Positions 21,156 through 31,748 of a stretch of 64,000 nucleotides of DNA are shown piece by piece; positions within the stretch are counted from its first letter, which is position 1; every line of letters starts with the position of its first letter. The notes under the pieces were generated by a model. It was not told the DNA's origin. It saw only the letters and a list, made by a program, of their open reading frames with translations, and made no database searches. Made by a program: the position numbers and the translations under genes. The DNA is from Balanoglossus misakiensis (Eukaryota; Animalia; Hemichordata): assembly GCA_040954595.2 (NCBI GenBank), contig JBECUI020000025.1, positions 1-64,000 on the forward strand, written 5' to 3'.

Positions 21156-21563
21156 TTATCTCAGATTAATGATCGACGTATACGATTGTATAATCCGATC
21201 TACTACATTTTTTGTAATACTAAGAGACAACTCCGCCTTAGAGGCCGCAATACTAATGTCGTGAGCCTCCACACTATTCGGATCTACAGCCGCTTGAACC
21301 GATAATCTCTCCGGCTCTTGTTGCAACATGTTTACCTCAGTAAGGGTCGCAAAAAGCTGATCCCGAAAATTAACAAGCCCTAGATCAAAGGGAACATTGG
21401 CAGTACCAGTTGATCCGGTTATAGATTGTGTCGCTATTTGATTACGTGGACTCAATCCAGCAGCATAAGCATCTACATCTCGTTGCGCCAAAACATGATT
21501 CGGATGTGTTCGCGCAAGAACAAAAATATCTCCATTAGCAAAGTTTGGATTAGATATTTGCAT
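21156..21563 (-). CDS. fliE: Hook-basal body protein FliE
   Basis: HDISIAASKAELSLSITKNVVDRIIQSY; between flgC and fliF. Confidence 0.92.
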   Translation of the reverse strand: MQISNPNFANGDIFVLARTHPNHVLAQRDVDAYAAGLSPRNQIATQSITGSTGTANVPFDLGLVNFRDQLFATLTEVNMLQQEPERLSVQAAVDPNSVEAHDISIAASKAELSLSITKNVVDRIIQSYTSIINLR

Positions 21564-21599
21564 GATTATTCCTCCCAATTGTTTTCATCAATACAATCT

Positions 21600-22061
21600 T
21601 TATACTCTTCCTATCTGCAAGGCTTGTTGAAACATAGTCTTGCTTCCATCAATTACCGCTATATTTGCCTCATAGGCACGCGAGGCGGCAATCAAATCTA
21701 CCATTTCACTTACTACATTAACATTCGGCATCTCAACATATCCTGCCCTTGGACCTGAAAGAATGGCATCCGGATGCGTCGGATCGTAGACAAGTTTTGG
21801 TTTACTATCATAGTCCTTCTGTATCTCAACTACCCTTACCCCGTTGCCGATACCGTGATCCAATGCCCGCGGTAAGAATGGACTCTTCCAATAGGGTTGA
21901 TCAACGATAGGGCGTAATATAGCTCGACTTCTGCGGAAAACACCACCATCGGTAGTCCGGGTGGTGGTTGCGTTTGCTATATTGTTCGATATTACATCTT
22001 GTACCAGACGTTGTGTTGTTAATGCACTTGAAGCAATATTAATACTGCTAAACATTCCCAT
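21600..22061 (-). CDS. flgC: Basal-body rod protein FlgC
   Basis: ISNNIANA, YDPTHPDA and PNVNVVSEMVDLI..SRAYEAN motifs. Confidence 0.97.
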   Translation of the reverse strand: MGMFSSINIASSALTTQRLVQDVISNNIANATTTRTTDGGVFRRSRAILRPIVDQPYWKSPFLPRALDHGIGNGVRVVEIQKDYDSKPKLVYDPTHPDAILSGPRAGYVEMPNVNVVSEMVDLIAASRAYEANIAVIDGSKTMFQQALQIGRV

Positions 22062-22071
22062 AAACTATCTC

Positions 22072-22491
22072 CTATCCTCTCAAGACCGAACGAACACGGG
22101 AAAACTGACTATTCACTGAATAGGTCATCATCTCGTAGCTTAACTGATTATGCATTGCATTCACTGATTCTTCCTCAATATCAACATTATTGCCGTTATT
22201 CTTTGTTGTATGGGTAAAATCCAGTACTCGCCGGGGACGAACCTCACGATAATCCATTGCCTTGTAGAACCGAACATGTCTTGAATCGCTTACCGCAGTT
22301 GTAAAACGCGGAGTGTTCTCCGTGCTCAGTGCATATTTTAACATGCTCTCAAAGTTCACAATGCTCCGTTTGTACTCCGGTGTATTGGCATTTGCAATGT
22401 TATTTGCAATAACACTTCGTCTATATTGAGAAACATCCATACTCCTATGTAAGATGTCAAGGCTCTTACCAAAACTATTATCTAAAAACAT
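22072..22491 (-). CDS. flgB: Basal-body rod protein FlgB
   Basis: IANNIANANTPEYK and NGNNVDIEEE motifs. Confidence 0.97.
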   Translation of the reverse strand: MFLDNSFGKSLDILHRSMDVSQYRRSVIANNIANANTPEYKRSIVNFESMLKYALSTENTPRFTTAVSDSRHVRFYKAMDYREVRPRRVLDFTHTTKNNGNNVDIEEESVNAMHNQLSYEMMTYSVNSQFSRVRSVLRG

Positions 22492-22536
22492 ACATACTCT
22501 ACTTCGGCATTTTTTTTTCTTTCATGAGCATTTTTT

Positions 22537-23880
22537 TTATAAAATATACCTACTCAGATCATCATTCTTCACAACGTCCGCTAAGCGTTCCTGCACGTAC
22601 TGCGGGGTTATTGTAATGTCTTGTCCGCTTATTTCATCTGCAGAAAAGGACAACTCTTCTAGTAACAGTTCCATAATAGTATGGAGCCGTCGTGCACCTA
22701 TGTTTTCATGCCGTTTATTTACTTCCACCGCAATCTTCGATAGTTCGCGAATTGTATCTTCGGGAAAATCAAGTTTGACTCCTTCTACAGCGAGTAATTC
22801 CTTGTACTGGCGTATCAGTGCATTCTCAGGCTGTGAGAGAATGCGAAAGAAATCTTCTTCGCTGAGCTCCTGTAACTCTACTCGAACAGGGAAACGTCCC
22901 TGTAATTCAGGTATTAGGTCGCTGGGACTATTGGCATGGAATGCGCCGGCAGCAACAAATAGAATATGTGATGTATCAATACTTCCGTGCCTGGTGTTGA
23001 CCTGCGACCCTTCAACGATGGGCAAGATATCCCGTTGAACACCTTCGCGGCTGATATCAATCCCTCTTCCATGAGCAATAATCTTATCTATTTCATCAAT
23101 AAAAACAATGCCCATGTTCTCTACTCGATCCTTTGCCTGCTCAATGACCCGATCTTGATCTACCAGTTTTTCAGTTTCTTCCTGAAGAATGTATTCTCGT
23201 GCACGCCGCACAGGTACGCGTTTCTTCTGCTTGCCCATACCAAATAATTGTGATATTCCTTCCCAGTTCAGATCCATTCCTTCTGTTCTACCACCAGGAA
23301 AAACCTCCAGGGTCGGCATTGCATTCTTGTGTACCTGTATTTCAATAAGGCGGTCTTCCAGTTCTCCCTTCTTGAGCTGTTGGAGCAAATACTCCCGCCC
23401 ACTCTGTCTGTCCGAAGGTTCCCCCTGTGGACGAATTTTCGGTTGTGGTAAGAGGTAGTTCAAAATGCTTTGTTCGGTACGGGTCTCTGCTTCTTCGCGA
23501 ACTGTTTCGTACAACTCCTGTTTGACCATGGTAATTGCAACCGACATGAGATCCCGAATCATTGATTCAACATCACGCCCGACATATCCTACCTCAGTAT
23601 ACTTAGTTGCCTCTACTTTCATAAAAGGGGCTCCAGTAATTTTGGAAAGTCGGCGGGCTATTTCTGTTTTTCCGACGCCGGTGGGGCCAATCATAATAAT
23701 GTTTTTTGGTGCTATTTCTTCTTGTAGGTCAGGTGATAAATGCTGTCTGCGAATTCGATTGCGTAGTGCAACGGCGATTGCCTTCTTTGCACTATTCTGA
23801 CCAATAATATACCTGTCAAGTTCTTCAACCATCTTCCGGGGACTCATTGTATCCAATGATATTAAATCTGCTTTTTTCAT
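22537..23880 (-). CDS. hslU: ATP-dependent protease ATPase subunit HslU
   Basis: GPTGVGKTEIARR, GYVGRDVES, FIDEID and ENIGARRL motifs. Confidence 0.98.
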   Translation of the reverse strand: MKKADLISLDTMSPRKMVEELDRYIIGQNSAKKAIAVALRNRIRRQHLSPDLQEEIAPKNIIMIGPTGVGKTEIARRLSKITGAPFMKVEATKYTEVGYVGRDVESMIRDLMSVAITMVKQELYETVREEAETRTEQSILNYLLPQPKIRPQGEPSDRQSGREYLLQQLKKGELEDRLIEIQVHKNAMPTLEVFPGGRTEGMDLNWEGISQLFGMGKQKKRVPVRRAREYILQEETEKLVDQDRVIEQAKDRVENMGIVFIDEIDKIIAHGRGIDISREGVQRDILPIVEGSQVNTRHGSIDTSHILFVAAGAFHANSPSDLIPELQGRFPVRVELQELSEEDFFRILSQPENALIRQYKELLAVEGVKLDFPEDTIRELSKIAVEVNKRHENIGARRLHTIMELLLEELSFSADEISGQDITITPQYVQERLADVVKNDDLSRYIL

Positions 23881-23882
23881 AG

Positions 23883-24422
23883 TTATACCTCCTTAACCGT
23901 AATTGAATTGTTGGTATAGATGCAAATATCAGATGCAATGCCAAGAGATCGAACTGCAATTTCTTTTGCATCCAGATCTGAGATATCAATATATGCCATA
24001 GCGGCGGCATTTGCATAGTTTCCACCTGAGCCAATGGCAATAACACCGTCTTCTGGTTCAATAACATCTCCTGTGCCGGATATAAGAAATATCTTCGAAG
24101 AATTGGCTACTAACAACAAGGCTTCCAGCCGACGTAATGCCTTATCCATGCGCCATTCTTTCGCCAAGTCAACCGATGCCCGTTCAATATCACCGCTTAA
24201 TTCCTTAACCTTCTTTTCAAAACGTTCAAAGAGTGCAAAGGAATCGGCAACGCTTCCGGCAAAACCAACTAGTATTTTTTCTCCGTAAATTGCATGTACC
24301 TTTTGTGCCGTCTTTTTGACAACGCTCTTATCCAAGGTAACTTGACCATCAGCTGCCATAGCTGTCTTCCCGTCTTTATGAACTGCAATAACTGTTGTAC
24401 TGTGTACAATTTGTTTACTCAC
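23883..24422 (-). CDS. hslV: ATP-dependent protease subunit HslV
   Basis: Short propeptide then TTVIAV..ADGQVT; GFAGSVAD; GSGGNYA. Confidence 0.98.
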   Translation of the reverse strand: MSKQIVHSTTVIAVHKDGKTAMAADGQVTLDKSVVKKTAQKVHAIYGEKILVGFAGSVADSFALFERFEKKVKELSGDIERASVDLAKEWRMDKALRRLEALLLVANSSKIFLISGTGDVIEPEDGVIAIGSGGNYANAAAMAYIDISDLDAKEIAVRSLGIASDICIYTNNSITVKEV

Positions 24423-25311
24423 TGTCTTCTCCTTGCGGATGTGCTTTCATATATACTTCCTTTAATCGTTGTATCCCTACATGGGTATAGATCTGTGTTG
24501 TTGCAAGGGTTGCATGCCCCAGCATTTCCTGTACGACACGTATGTTGGCACCATTGTCCAGAATATGCGTTGCAAAGGAGTGGCGAAATGTATGAGGACT
24601 AATTCCTTCGTGTTTTTGCTGTAATTCATTCTTAATAATCCATGCCAACCCGCGTGGGCCAAGTCGTTTCCCCTTTTGATTAATAAAGAGTCCATCTTCT
24701 GCTTCTTGCCCCCGCCGCAATAGGTACTCCTTGCGAATGGGCAAATAGGTATGCAATACTGCACGGGCCGATTTGTTTAGAAAGACCTGTCGCATCTTGT
24801 TCCCTTTTCCCCGAATATATACAGGTTTCTCCCCTTCAACTTGCTCCCGATTAAGCTGTACTAACTCGCTTGCACGCATGCCGGTCGAGTACAGTACCTC
24901 CATAATGCAACGATTCCGCACAGAAGAAAAATCCACCCCTTCAGTATCAAGTATCTCATGCATTTCATCAGGATACAAAATTTTTGGAAGCGTTCGTGCA
25001 ACAAAGAAATTCTTAATTATACTCATAGGGTTTGAAGATACGTATCGTTTTCGATACGCATAACAAAAAAATCCTCTTAATGCCGAGATCTTCCTGTTAA
25101 TGGTACGTGGTCGCTTTGATGCCGACACCAATGTGCGAATATAATGCCGTATCGCCTTACCTTGTGCCAATTCTTCCATCTCTATGCCTTCGGGACAGTT
25201 CTCCAGCAACTCCTGAATATCATGCTGATACATGATCACCGTTCGCTCCGACAATCCACGCAAAACTCTTGCATATTCAATATACCTATTAAACACTTCT
25301 TTTGCAATCAT
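24415..25311 (-). CDS. xerC: Tyrosine recombinase XerC-like
   Basis: [26 protein letters not shown] and LGH..TTQIYTH catalytic motifs; located before hslV. The xerC versus xerD assignment rests on synteny. Confidence 0.85.
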   Translation of the reverse strand: MIAKEVFNRYIEYARVLRGLSERTVIMYQHDIQELLENCPEGIEMEELAQGKAIRHYIRTLVSASKRPRTINRKISALRGFFCYAYRKRYVSSNPMSIIKNFFVARTLPKILYPDEMHEILDTEGVDFSSVRNRCIMEVLYSTGMRASELVQLNREQVEGEKPVYIRGKGNKMRQVFLNKSARAVLHTYLPIRKEYLLRRGQEAEDGLFINQKGKRLGPRGLAWIIKNELQQKHEGISPHTFRHSFATHILDNGANIRVVQEMLGHATLATTQIYTHVGIQRLKEVYMKAHPQGEDSE

Positions 25312-26212
25312 CAACTGCCTCCAGTTCTGGTTGGTCTTGTAACATAACCATGGCTTGTCCCTCCTGATGTTTGATATCATTTATTGTGGTAACAACCGGT
25401 GCACCATCAGTCGCTAAACTTTTTGTTCCCGACATTTCTAATCCTGCGCGGTGAACCATTAAATGTCTTCCTTGTTCAAGTGCATAATCGGCAGTAATGA
25501 GTGCTCCCGAATTACGCGGTGCCTGAATAATGATAACGCTATCCACCAAACCGCTAATAAGCCGATTTCGCGCAGGAAAATGATACTTTAGTGGCGGTGT
25601 TCCAGGTGAATACTCACTTATGAGGGCACCACCATGAATAAGCATCTGATGAACAATCGCTTTATTCGATACTGGAAATATCCGGTCGATGCCGGATCCC
25701 AGTACGGCAATAGTTGCTCCCTTTCCGGCTATAGCACCACGATGTGCAATTCCATCAATGCCACGTGCAAGACCTGAGTACACCGGTATGCCGGATTCAG
25801 CGGCCTCCCGTGCAAGGGCAAAGCATGCTTGCTTGCCTGCCTCACTTGGTGTTCTCGTGCCAACGATAGCAAGTAGACGCGTAGCACAATCAAGAGTACC
25901 ACGAAGAAAAAGAAGCATAGGCGGATCATAGATCGTGCGCAATCGTTCGGGAAAGTCCTTTGAATAATACGATAGAAGCTGTACATCATGCCGCTCCAAC
26001 CATGATATGTCCCCATCAACAAAACGCATGATCTCTTGTGTATGCCAAGATGCCCCAGGACGAAACTTTCTTCCCACAATCTTTTCTATATCAAAGATAG
26101 ACATACGACTGAGATGTGCAAGATCAGAACAGGTCTTGAGCATGCGATGTTTTTCCTTTGGTTTGAGAAAAGAAAGTCTGTTTATAAAAAGAAGTGTCTC
26201 TTTAGCGTACAT
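25289..26212 (-). CDS. dprA: DNA processing protein DprA/Smf
   Basis: [29 protein letters not shown] and SGALITA motifs. Confidence 0.96.
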   Translation of the reverse strand: MYAKETLLFINRLSFLKPKEKHRMLKTCSDLAHLSRMSIFDIEKIVGRKFRPGASWHTQEIMRFVDGDISWLERHDVQLLSYYSKDFPERLRTIYDPPMLLFLRGTLDCATRLLAIVGTRTPSEAGKQACFALAREAAESGIPVYSGLARGIDGIAHRGAIAGKGATIAVLGSGIDRIFPVSNKAIVHQMLIHGGALISEYSPGTPPLKYHFPARNRLISGLVDSVIIIQAPRNSGALITADYALEQGRHLMVHRAGLEMSGTKSLATDGAPVVTTINDIKHQEGQAMVMLQDQPELEAVDDCKRSV

Positions 26213-26906
26213 TTTCCAATTCTTGTATGTTTTCTTCTGCCTGCTCTCGCTGTGACGTGGTTAATGACGAGCTCTGTAACAGGCTTCGGTATGCACCTAT
26301 TGCCTCGTTCAATTTATTTTCAGCAACATAGATGTGTGCCTGGAGAAATTGTCCTTTAATATCTCCACTACGCACCGACAACAACTTATTTACGTACTCC
26401 TTTGCCTTGTTCATATCATTTTGCTCAAAAATATACAGTACTGCCAGTGCATAGAGTGTCTCTGGATTCCGGGGCAAATACTGATCCGATAAGAGATAAT
26501 ACCGTTCTGCACGATCCAGATACTGCTGCCGCATTTGTTCGTTGAATACCTCGGACAAGTTTGCCGCCGCTATTCCCGCTGAATATAAGAGTTGCGAATC
26601 AGTTGGGGAAATATGTAAGGCCTCTTCTAATGCTTCTAAAGCAGGTCCAAACATGCCTCTTTCCATAAGTGCTTTTGCTAACTCGCTGGAAAAAGCTTTT
26701 ATTTCTCTATAACTCTGCGTAATAAGATCAATGGCACTCTTCTTGTTTTTTATTCTCTCACGCCAATCCATATCCGGTTCAAACTCTTCCAAAGCCAGTA
26801 CAAGTGCCTCGTTAGAAGCGGGGGGTAAACTCTCTGTACCAAGCAAGTCGCAGGAAGAAAGAAAAAGAGAAAAAAGAAGAAGAATGAAATAAGTCTTACC
26901 CATCAT
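26202..26906 (-). CDS. TPR-repeat putative lipoprotein
   Basis: Signal peptide ending FLSSC (lipobox-like); TPR-like helical repeats; upstream of dprA as in other spirochetes. Confidence 0.75.
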   Translation of the reverse strand: MMGKTYFILLLFSLFLSSCDLLGTESLPPASNEALVLALEEFEPDMDWRERIKNKKSAIDLITQSYREIKAFSSELAKALMERGMFGPALEALEEALHISPTDSQLLYSAGIAAANLSEVFNEQMRQQYLDRAERYYLLSDQYLPRNPETLYALAVLYIFEQNDMNKAKEYVNKLLSVRSGDIKGQFLQAHIYVAENKLNEAIGAYRSLLQSSSLTTSQREQAEENIQELENVR

Positions 26907-26921
26907 AAATACTACATATCA

Positions 26922-27683
26922 TTAGGCTTTCTGTGCTTCATTTAATATGGAGACCGTTGCCGATGCTCCAATGCGGTCAGCACCAGCCTGTATACAAGCC
27001 ATCGTTTTTTCAAGATCTCTGATTCCACCAGATGCCTTGATTCCAACGGCAGCTCCTGCAACGCTTCGCATAAGAATAAGGTCGTCAATTTCTGCACCCC
27101 CAGTAGAAAAGCCCGTAGAGGTCTTTAGCATGTCAGCCCCAGCCGCAATAGAAATTATTGATGCTATAACAATCTCTTCCGGACTGAGCAGGCATGTCTC
27201 CAAGATAACCTTAAGAAGAACCTCGCCCGCTGCATCCGACACTGCGCGAACATCCGCAAAAACCGCCTTATAGTTCTTATCTTTTAGTTCGGATACCGAT
27301 AAAACCATATCAACTTCATTCGCCCCATCACGTATTACCCGTTCACATTGCCGTGCCTTATCGACACTGCTGTCGTAGCCCAATGGAAATCCTACAACAG
27401 TACAGAGTTGAACATTGCTGTTCTGCAATACGGAATGGGCTAGCCGGACACGATTCGGCGGGAGGCAAACTGCCCGAACATTGCCTTCGATTGCTTCACG
27501 ACAGAGATTAAGAAAATCCGCCTTTCCGCAATCATTTTTTAAGAGCGTATGGTCGAAATACTGTGCTAACTCCTGTCCCTCTACACTTAATACATTGGGT
27601 TTCGGACGAACAATTTTTTCCTGTACGCCTAGTTCCATATATAGGTTTTCTTTCAGTTTCTGTATGTCTAATGTATCACTCAT
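26922..27683 (-). CDS. deoC: Deoxyribose-phosphate aldolase
   Basis: DHTLLK, TVVGFPLG, KVILET, KTSTGF, KASGGIR and RIGAS motifs; ATG at 27683 overlaps the xerD stop. Confidence 0.96.
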   Translation of the reverse strand: MSDTLDIQKLKENLYMELGVQEKIVRPKPNVLSVEGQELAQYFDHTLLKNDCGKADFLNLCREAIEGNVRAVCLPPNRVRLAHSVLQNSNVQLCTVVGFPLGYDSSVDKARQCERVIRDGANEVDMVLSVSELKDKNYKAVFADVRAVSDAAGEVLLKVILETCLLSPEEIVIASIISIAAGADMLKTSTGFSTGGAEIDDLILMRSVAGAAVGIKASGGIRDLEKTMACIQAGADRIGASATVSILNEAQKA

Positions 27684-28572
27684 TGTTTCTATTTTCTCCT
27701 CTTGGATGATATATGTTATGTGCACTTTGCAAATCGTCTCGATTTACATGCGTATATATTTGTGTCGTTGCTATCGTCGAATGTCCCATTAATTCTTGTA
27801 CTACCCGGATGTCCGCACCACCACGAAGAAGATGAGTTGCAAAGGAATGCCTAAGAGTATGCACATGGGCATCAAGTCCATTTTTTTGTACCAGATCTCT
27901 AAATCGTTTCCAGATAGCCTTGCGTGAGAGTAATCGCCCATGTCTATTAAGAAAAACAGACCTAATAGACGAATATCGGGCGAGTTTCGGTCTCACCTCC
28001 TGCAAATAACGCCTCAGCCAGCTAATGGCTTCGGGAACTATAGGGACCAAGCGTTCCTTTCCTTTTTTTCCCACTACTTGAATCAACTTCTCTTTCAAAT
28101 GAAGGTCGGACATGGTAAGCAATACAGCCTCTGATACCCTCAGTCCACAGGCATAGATCAAGCCAAAGAGTGCCCGATCGCGCATACCCAGTGGACTTTT
28201 AATGTTAATGGAATCAAGTAAGAGCTCGACATCATTACTGGTAAGCACCTGCGGAAGGTTATAAGCAATTCTTGGACGATCAACATTCTCTACGGGATTA
28301 TCAGTTCGTAAACCCTCAACAACTGAAAATCGAAAGAGCATACAGAGACTAGATAAAATCCGAGAAATAGTCCGTGCTTCCATAACCGTATCTTTGCGAT
28401 ATGAAATGTATTGCACTATATGCTCTTCATCCACCTGTTCTATCATAAGATTCTTCTGTTTAAGGTAATCAAGAAAACTACGTATCTCTCTGATATAGCT
28501 TTCCACCGTCGCACCGGAGAGTCCCATCTCTACAGCAAGAAAACCGGCAATATCCTGTATTGCTATTGTCAT
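27676..28572 (-). CDS. xerD: Tyrosine recombinase XerD-like
   Basis: RDRALFGLIYACGLRVSE, HTLRHSFATHLL and GH..TTQIYTH; start overlaps the ftsZ stop. Confidence 0.87.
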   Translation of the reverse strand: MTIAIQDIAGFLAVEMGLSGATVESYIREIRSFLDYLKQKNLMIEQVDEEHIVQYISYRKDTVMEARTISRILSSLCMLFRFSVVEGLRTDNPVENVDRPRIAYNLPQVLTSNDVELLLDSINIKSPLGMRDRALFGLIYACGLRVSEAVLLTMSDLHLKEKLIQVVGKKGKERLVPIVPEAISWLRRYLQEVRPKLARYSSIRSVFLNRHGRLLSRKAIWKRFRDLVQKNGLDAHVHTLRHSFATHLLRGGADIRVVQELMGHSTIATTQIYTHVNRDDLQSAHNIYHPRGENRNNE

Positions 28573-29729
28573 TGCAAATCCAATCTTCCGCTGTTCTTCA
28601 TCCGAATAACAGCAGGAATTGTATAGTTTTCCCCAGTAGCGATACCTTCGCGGTGTACCTGCCGTTGTGTAGTAGCCCGGTCCCCAGTAATGTTGGACCA
28701 GTCACCTAAACTGATATATTCGAGATGTTTGTTTCTGCTCGTATCTTGCGCGGGTTCATCGTATTTGGTATGGTATCCGGTTGCGATGACTGTAACCTTT
28801 ATCTGATCCTCTAGTGAAGGATCGATGGTATAACCCGATATGATCATTGCACTGCCATCAACAGTAGAGGTTATGATGTTCAATATTTCCTCATACTCAG
28901 ATAAGGAGAATTTATTGCCACCGCATACATTAAGTAACAACCCTGTGGCACCATCAATGCTTACATTTTCCAGCATGGGATTATTAACTGCATTGGTTGC
29001 AGCCTCTACTGCACTCTTTTCACCACTTCCGTAGCCAATTCCCATAAGTGCATCGCCCTTATTTCCCATGATAGTCTGTACATCAGCAAAATCTATGTTA
29101 ATAAGGCCTTCCTGTGTTATCAGGTCTGAAATTCCCTGTACACCCTGTCTGAGCACATTGTCTGCCACACGAAAGGCATCGAGAATAGAAGTCTGATGCG
29201 CAACAACTTTTAGTAATCGTTGATTGGAAATGGTTATTAAGGTATCAACAGTTCCCCGCAGCTTCTCTATTCCTTCTTCTGCCAGACGCATCTTCCTGCT
29301 TCCTTCAAAGCCAAAGGGCTTGGTAAGCACGGCAACACAGAGAATTCCCAGTTCTTTTGCAACTGATGCGACAACCGGTATCCCACCAGTGCCGGTTCCA
29401 CCGCCCATGCCTGCCGTTAAGAAGACCATATCGGCTCCTTCCAAGATCTTGTGAATGTTTTCCCGATCTTCCATCGCCGCCTGCTCACCCACAGTTGGGT
29501 CTCCCCCAGCACCGAGCCCCCCGGTGATCTTTGTTCCTAATGGAATGCGAACAGTCGCGTTGCTACTATCCAGTGCCTGGACATCCGTATTCATAACTAT
29601 AAACCCGACATTGTCGAGTCCGTCCTGAATCATCCGGTTGACAGCATTGCTGCCGCCGCCTCCAATACCAACTACTTTAATAACGGTGCGAGAAATTTTT
29701 TCCGCATCATCAACTATACTAATTGCCAT
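28569..29729 (-). CDS. ftsZ: Cell division protein FtsZ
   Basis: GGGGSNAVNRM, GMGGGTGTG and INIDFADV motifs; C-terminal IPAVIR peptide. Confidence 0.99.
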   Translation of the reverse strand: MAISIVDDAEKISRTVIKVVGIGGGGSNAVNRMIQDGLDNVGFIVMNTDVQALDSSNATVRIPLGTKITGGLGAGGDPTVGEQAAMEDRENIHKILEGADMVFLTAGMGGGTGTGGIPVVASVAKELGILCVAVLTKPFGFEGSRKMRLAEEGIEKLRGTVDTLITISNQRLLKVVAHQTSILDAFRVADNVLRQGVQGISDLITQEGLINIDFADVQTIMGNKGDALMGIGYGSGEKSAVEAATNAVNNPMLENVSIDGATGLLLNVCGGNKFSLSEYEEILNIITSTVDGSAMIISGYTIDPSLEDQIKVTVIATGYHTKYDEPAQDTSRNKHLEYISLGDWSNITGDRATTQRQVHREGIATGENYTIPAVIRMKNSGRLDLQ

Positions 29730-29782
29730 GTATTTCCTCCCATTGTTTTAACAACATTACATGCTTTTATAATTTCTATTTA

Positions 29783-31006
29783 TTAAAAAAAGTTTTTTAT
29801 CCAACTCTTAACTCCCTGCATAAAAACAGAGTTCCTTTCTTTTGTTCCTTTCTGCATTTCGGAATTCATTCCGTATAGCAGAAGTCCAATAGCAACACTG
29901 TACTGTGGATTTTGATACTGCATCTTATCCCCGCCGTAGTTCCCGGCACTACCAATGCGTGCAGGCACTTGAAATACATCTTGTGCCACCTCTGCAGCTC
30001 CGGGTAAGAGTGCTGTACCCCCCGTAAGGACCACACGACTCGATAAAAAAGAAAGCATGTTTTTTTGATGCAACTGTTTACGAGCCATAACAAATATTTC
30101 AGTGAGTCGTGCCTGTATTATTTCACAAACATCACGTTGATCATGTGTAGTAGGAAGAAGATAGCCATTTCCCTGTACAATCAAGGGCTCGGCATTTTCA
30201 AGAATTAATGACGGATGTGCAACCCCTAATTCTTCTTTCACTGTCTTGGCCTCCGACAGGGTGGTTTTTAGCATAATTGAAAGATCAGATGTTATTTCTG
30301 CTCCCCCCATAACAAGAACGGAACTGTATATCGGGTTTCCGTTAAGAAAGAGAATCATCTCTGTGATTTCTTCGCCAATATTCAATAATAAGAGATCCTG
30401 CTCCCGTTCTTCTTCGGATAAGATGACAGAAGCTGCTGCATAGGTTCCAAATGCAAGGTCACGAACTCGAAATCCGGCCCGATTTACGCATTGTACGAGA
30501 TTTTGCCCGGCAACAACCGATGCAGTGAGCAAGTGTATTTCAACCTCAAGACGAGTGCCCATGACATGCAGTGGAGACTGTAAAGCAAGCTGTTGATCAA
30601 CCGCGTAGCCACGGGGAATAACATGAATTACCTCTCTATCAATAGGGACCGAAATTGCTCGGGCAGTAGTAATAACCGCACGGATATCTTCTTCACTTAC
30701 CTCATGGTTTTTTCCTTCGATCGGAACCACCCCGCGACTATTAAAGCCTTCTATATGTTCCCCACCGATGTTTACAATGATTTCCCGTACCTCACACTCT
30801 GCAATTTTTTCGACTCGTGATATGACCGATAAGATCAGCTCTAATGCCGCTTCGATATTAACTACTATGCCCTTGCGTACACCGGCAGAAGAAATTTGTT
30901 CCGCCGCCAAGACTGTAAGTTTTTTGTCCTCACTTACCTCTCCGATAGCAGCAATAATTGACGAACTACCTATATCCAGCGATACAACAATGTTACTGTA
31001 TGACAT
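29783..31006 (-). CDS. ftsA: Cell division protein FtsA
   Basis: LDIGSS, GVRKGIVVNIE and VLTGGTALLPG actin-fold motifs; upstream of ftsZ. Confidence 0.96.
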   Translation of the reverse strand: MSYSNIVVSLDIGSSSIIAAIGEVSEDKKLTVLAAEQISSAGVRKGIVVNIEAALELILSVISRVEKIAECEVREIIVNIGGEHIEGFNSRGVVPIEGKNHEVSEEDIRAVITTARAISVPIDREVIHVIPRGYAVDQQLALQSPLHVMGTRLEVEIHLLTASVVAGQNLVQCVNRAGFRVRDLAFGTYAAASVILSEEEREQDLLLLNIGEEITEMILFLNGNPIYSSVLVMGGAEITSDLSIMLKTTLSEAKTVKEELGVAHPSLILENAEPLIVQGNGYLLPTTHDQRDVCEIIQARLTEIFVMARKQLHQKNMLSFLSSRVVLTGGTALLPGAAEVAQDVFQVPARIGSAGNYGGDKMQYQNPQYSVAIGLLLYGMNSEMQKGTKERNSVFMQGVKSWIKNFF

Positions 31007-31748
31007 CTTCCGTCCCCAAAATGATATTACCAGTACGTAGATCAAGCTCATGAACTGCAGTGAAGCGATCATTGTTCTTCATTGCTTCGAGTACAAGAAA
31101 TGCATAGTTACATGCTCTCTCGTTAATTTGTGAATTAAAACGAATAGGTACCTGATATGGTACCGGATAGAGTAGAATCTCGAAGCTATTGTCTTTTTGC
31201 CTGAGAAACTCTAGTTCCGATATTGAGGCATAGATCCCCGGAATGTTTTTCCGTAATAATGCTATTTGCTGCAGTATTGGTACTACATCTTCGGGTAATC
31301 TATGCCCTAAACGAAGGGCATCGGATCCATCTAACCCAGAAACGACCGGTACCTGCATATCAGCCACACCCATGGAAAAAACTACCCCTTCGCTATCAAA
31401 GGTGACCGGAACATGTATATCATGAATCGTAGACAGAATTGTTGCTAATGCCTCCCGACCGCGAAGTTTAATTGTTATTGTTGTGGGAAACTGTTTTTGT
31501 ACATCCGCTTCCAGTACCATGGGTAATTCTTCCAATTTTTCTTGTACATGATTGATATTAAGCGTATGAAAGAGAGTTTCACTGTTTAAGCCTGCTTGCA
31601 CCAGTACTAACTCTTTATCTATGGGAAACATTGCCTCAACGTGTACACGGCTGAGCTTAAGAGATGGCACAAGAATACCATGCCATACAACCTCTGCAAC
31701 AACAATAATAAGAGCTACTGAAAGAAGCACCCACAAAATAGCCTTCAT
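30993..31748 (-). CDS. ftsQ: Cell division protein FtsQ/DivIB
   Basis: TM helix, POTRA-like LPMVLEADVQKQFP and terminal LDLR; between ftsW and ftsA. Confidence 0.88.
   Translation of the reverse strand: MKAILWVLLSVALIIVVAEVVWHGILVPSLKLSRVHVEAMFPIDKELVLVQAGLNSETLFHTLNINHVQEKLEELPMVLEADVQKQFPTTITIKLRGREALATILSTIHDIHVPVTFDSEGVVFSMGVADMQVPVVSGLDGSDALRLGHRLPEDVVPILQQIALLRKNIPGIYASISELEFLRQKDNSFEILLYPVPYQVPIRFNSQINERACNYAFLVLEAMKNNDRFTAVHELDLRTGNIILGTEDVIQ

Noticed and set aside
22492-22536. sigma28-like -10 element (GCCGAAGT) upstream of flgB
   Set aside because: The -35 at canonical spacing is poor (TCAT), the element is only 9 nt from the ATG, and the spacing depends on error-prone homopolymers. 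It cannot be supported, though it is not excluded.
24415-28572. Two tyrosine recombinases as a sign of an integrative element
   Set aside because: They look like chromosomal XerC/XerD in conserved spirochete synteny, overlap core genes, and have no att repeats or cargo.
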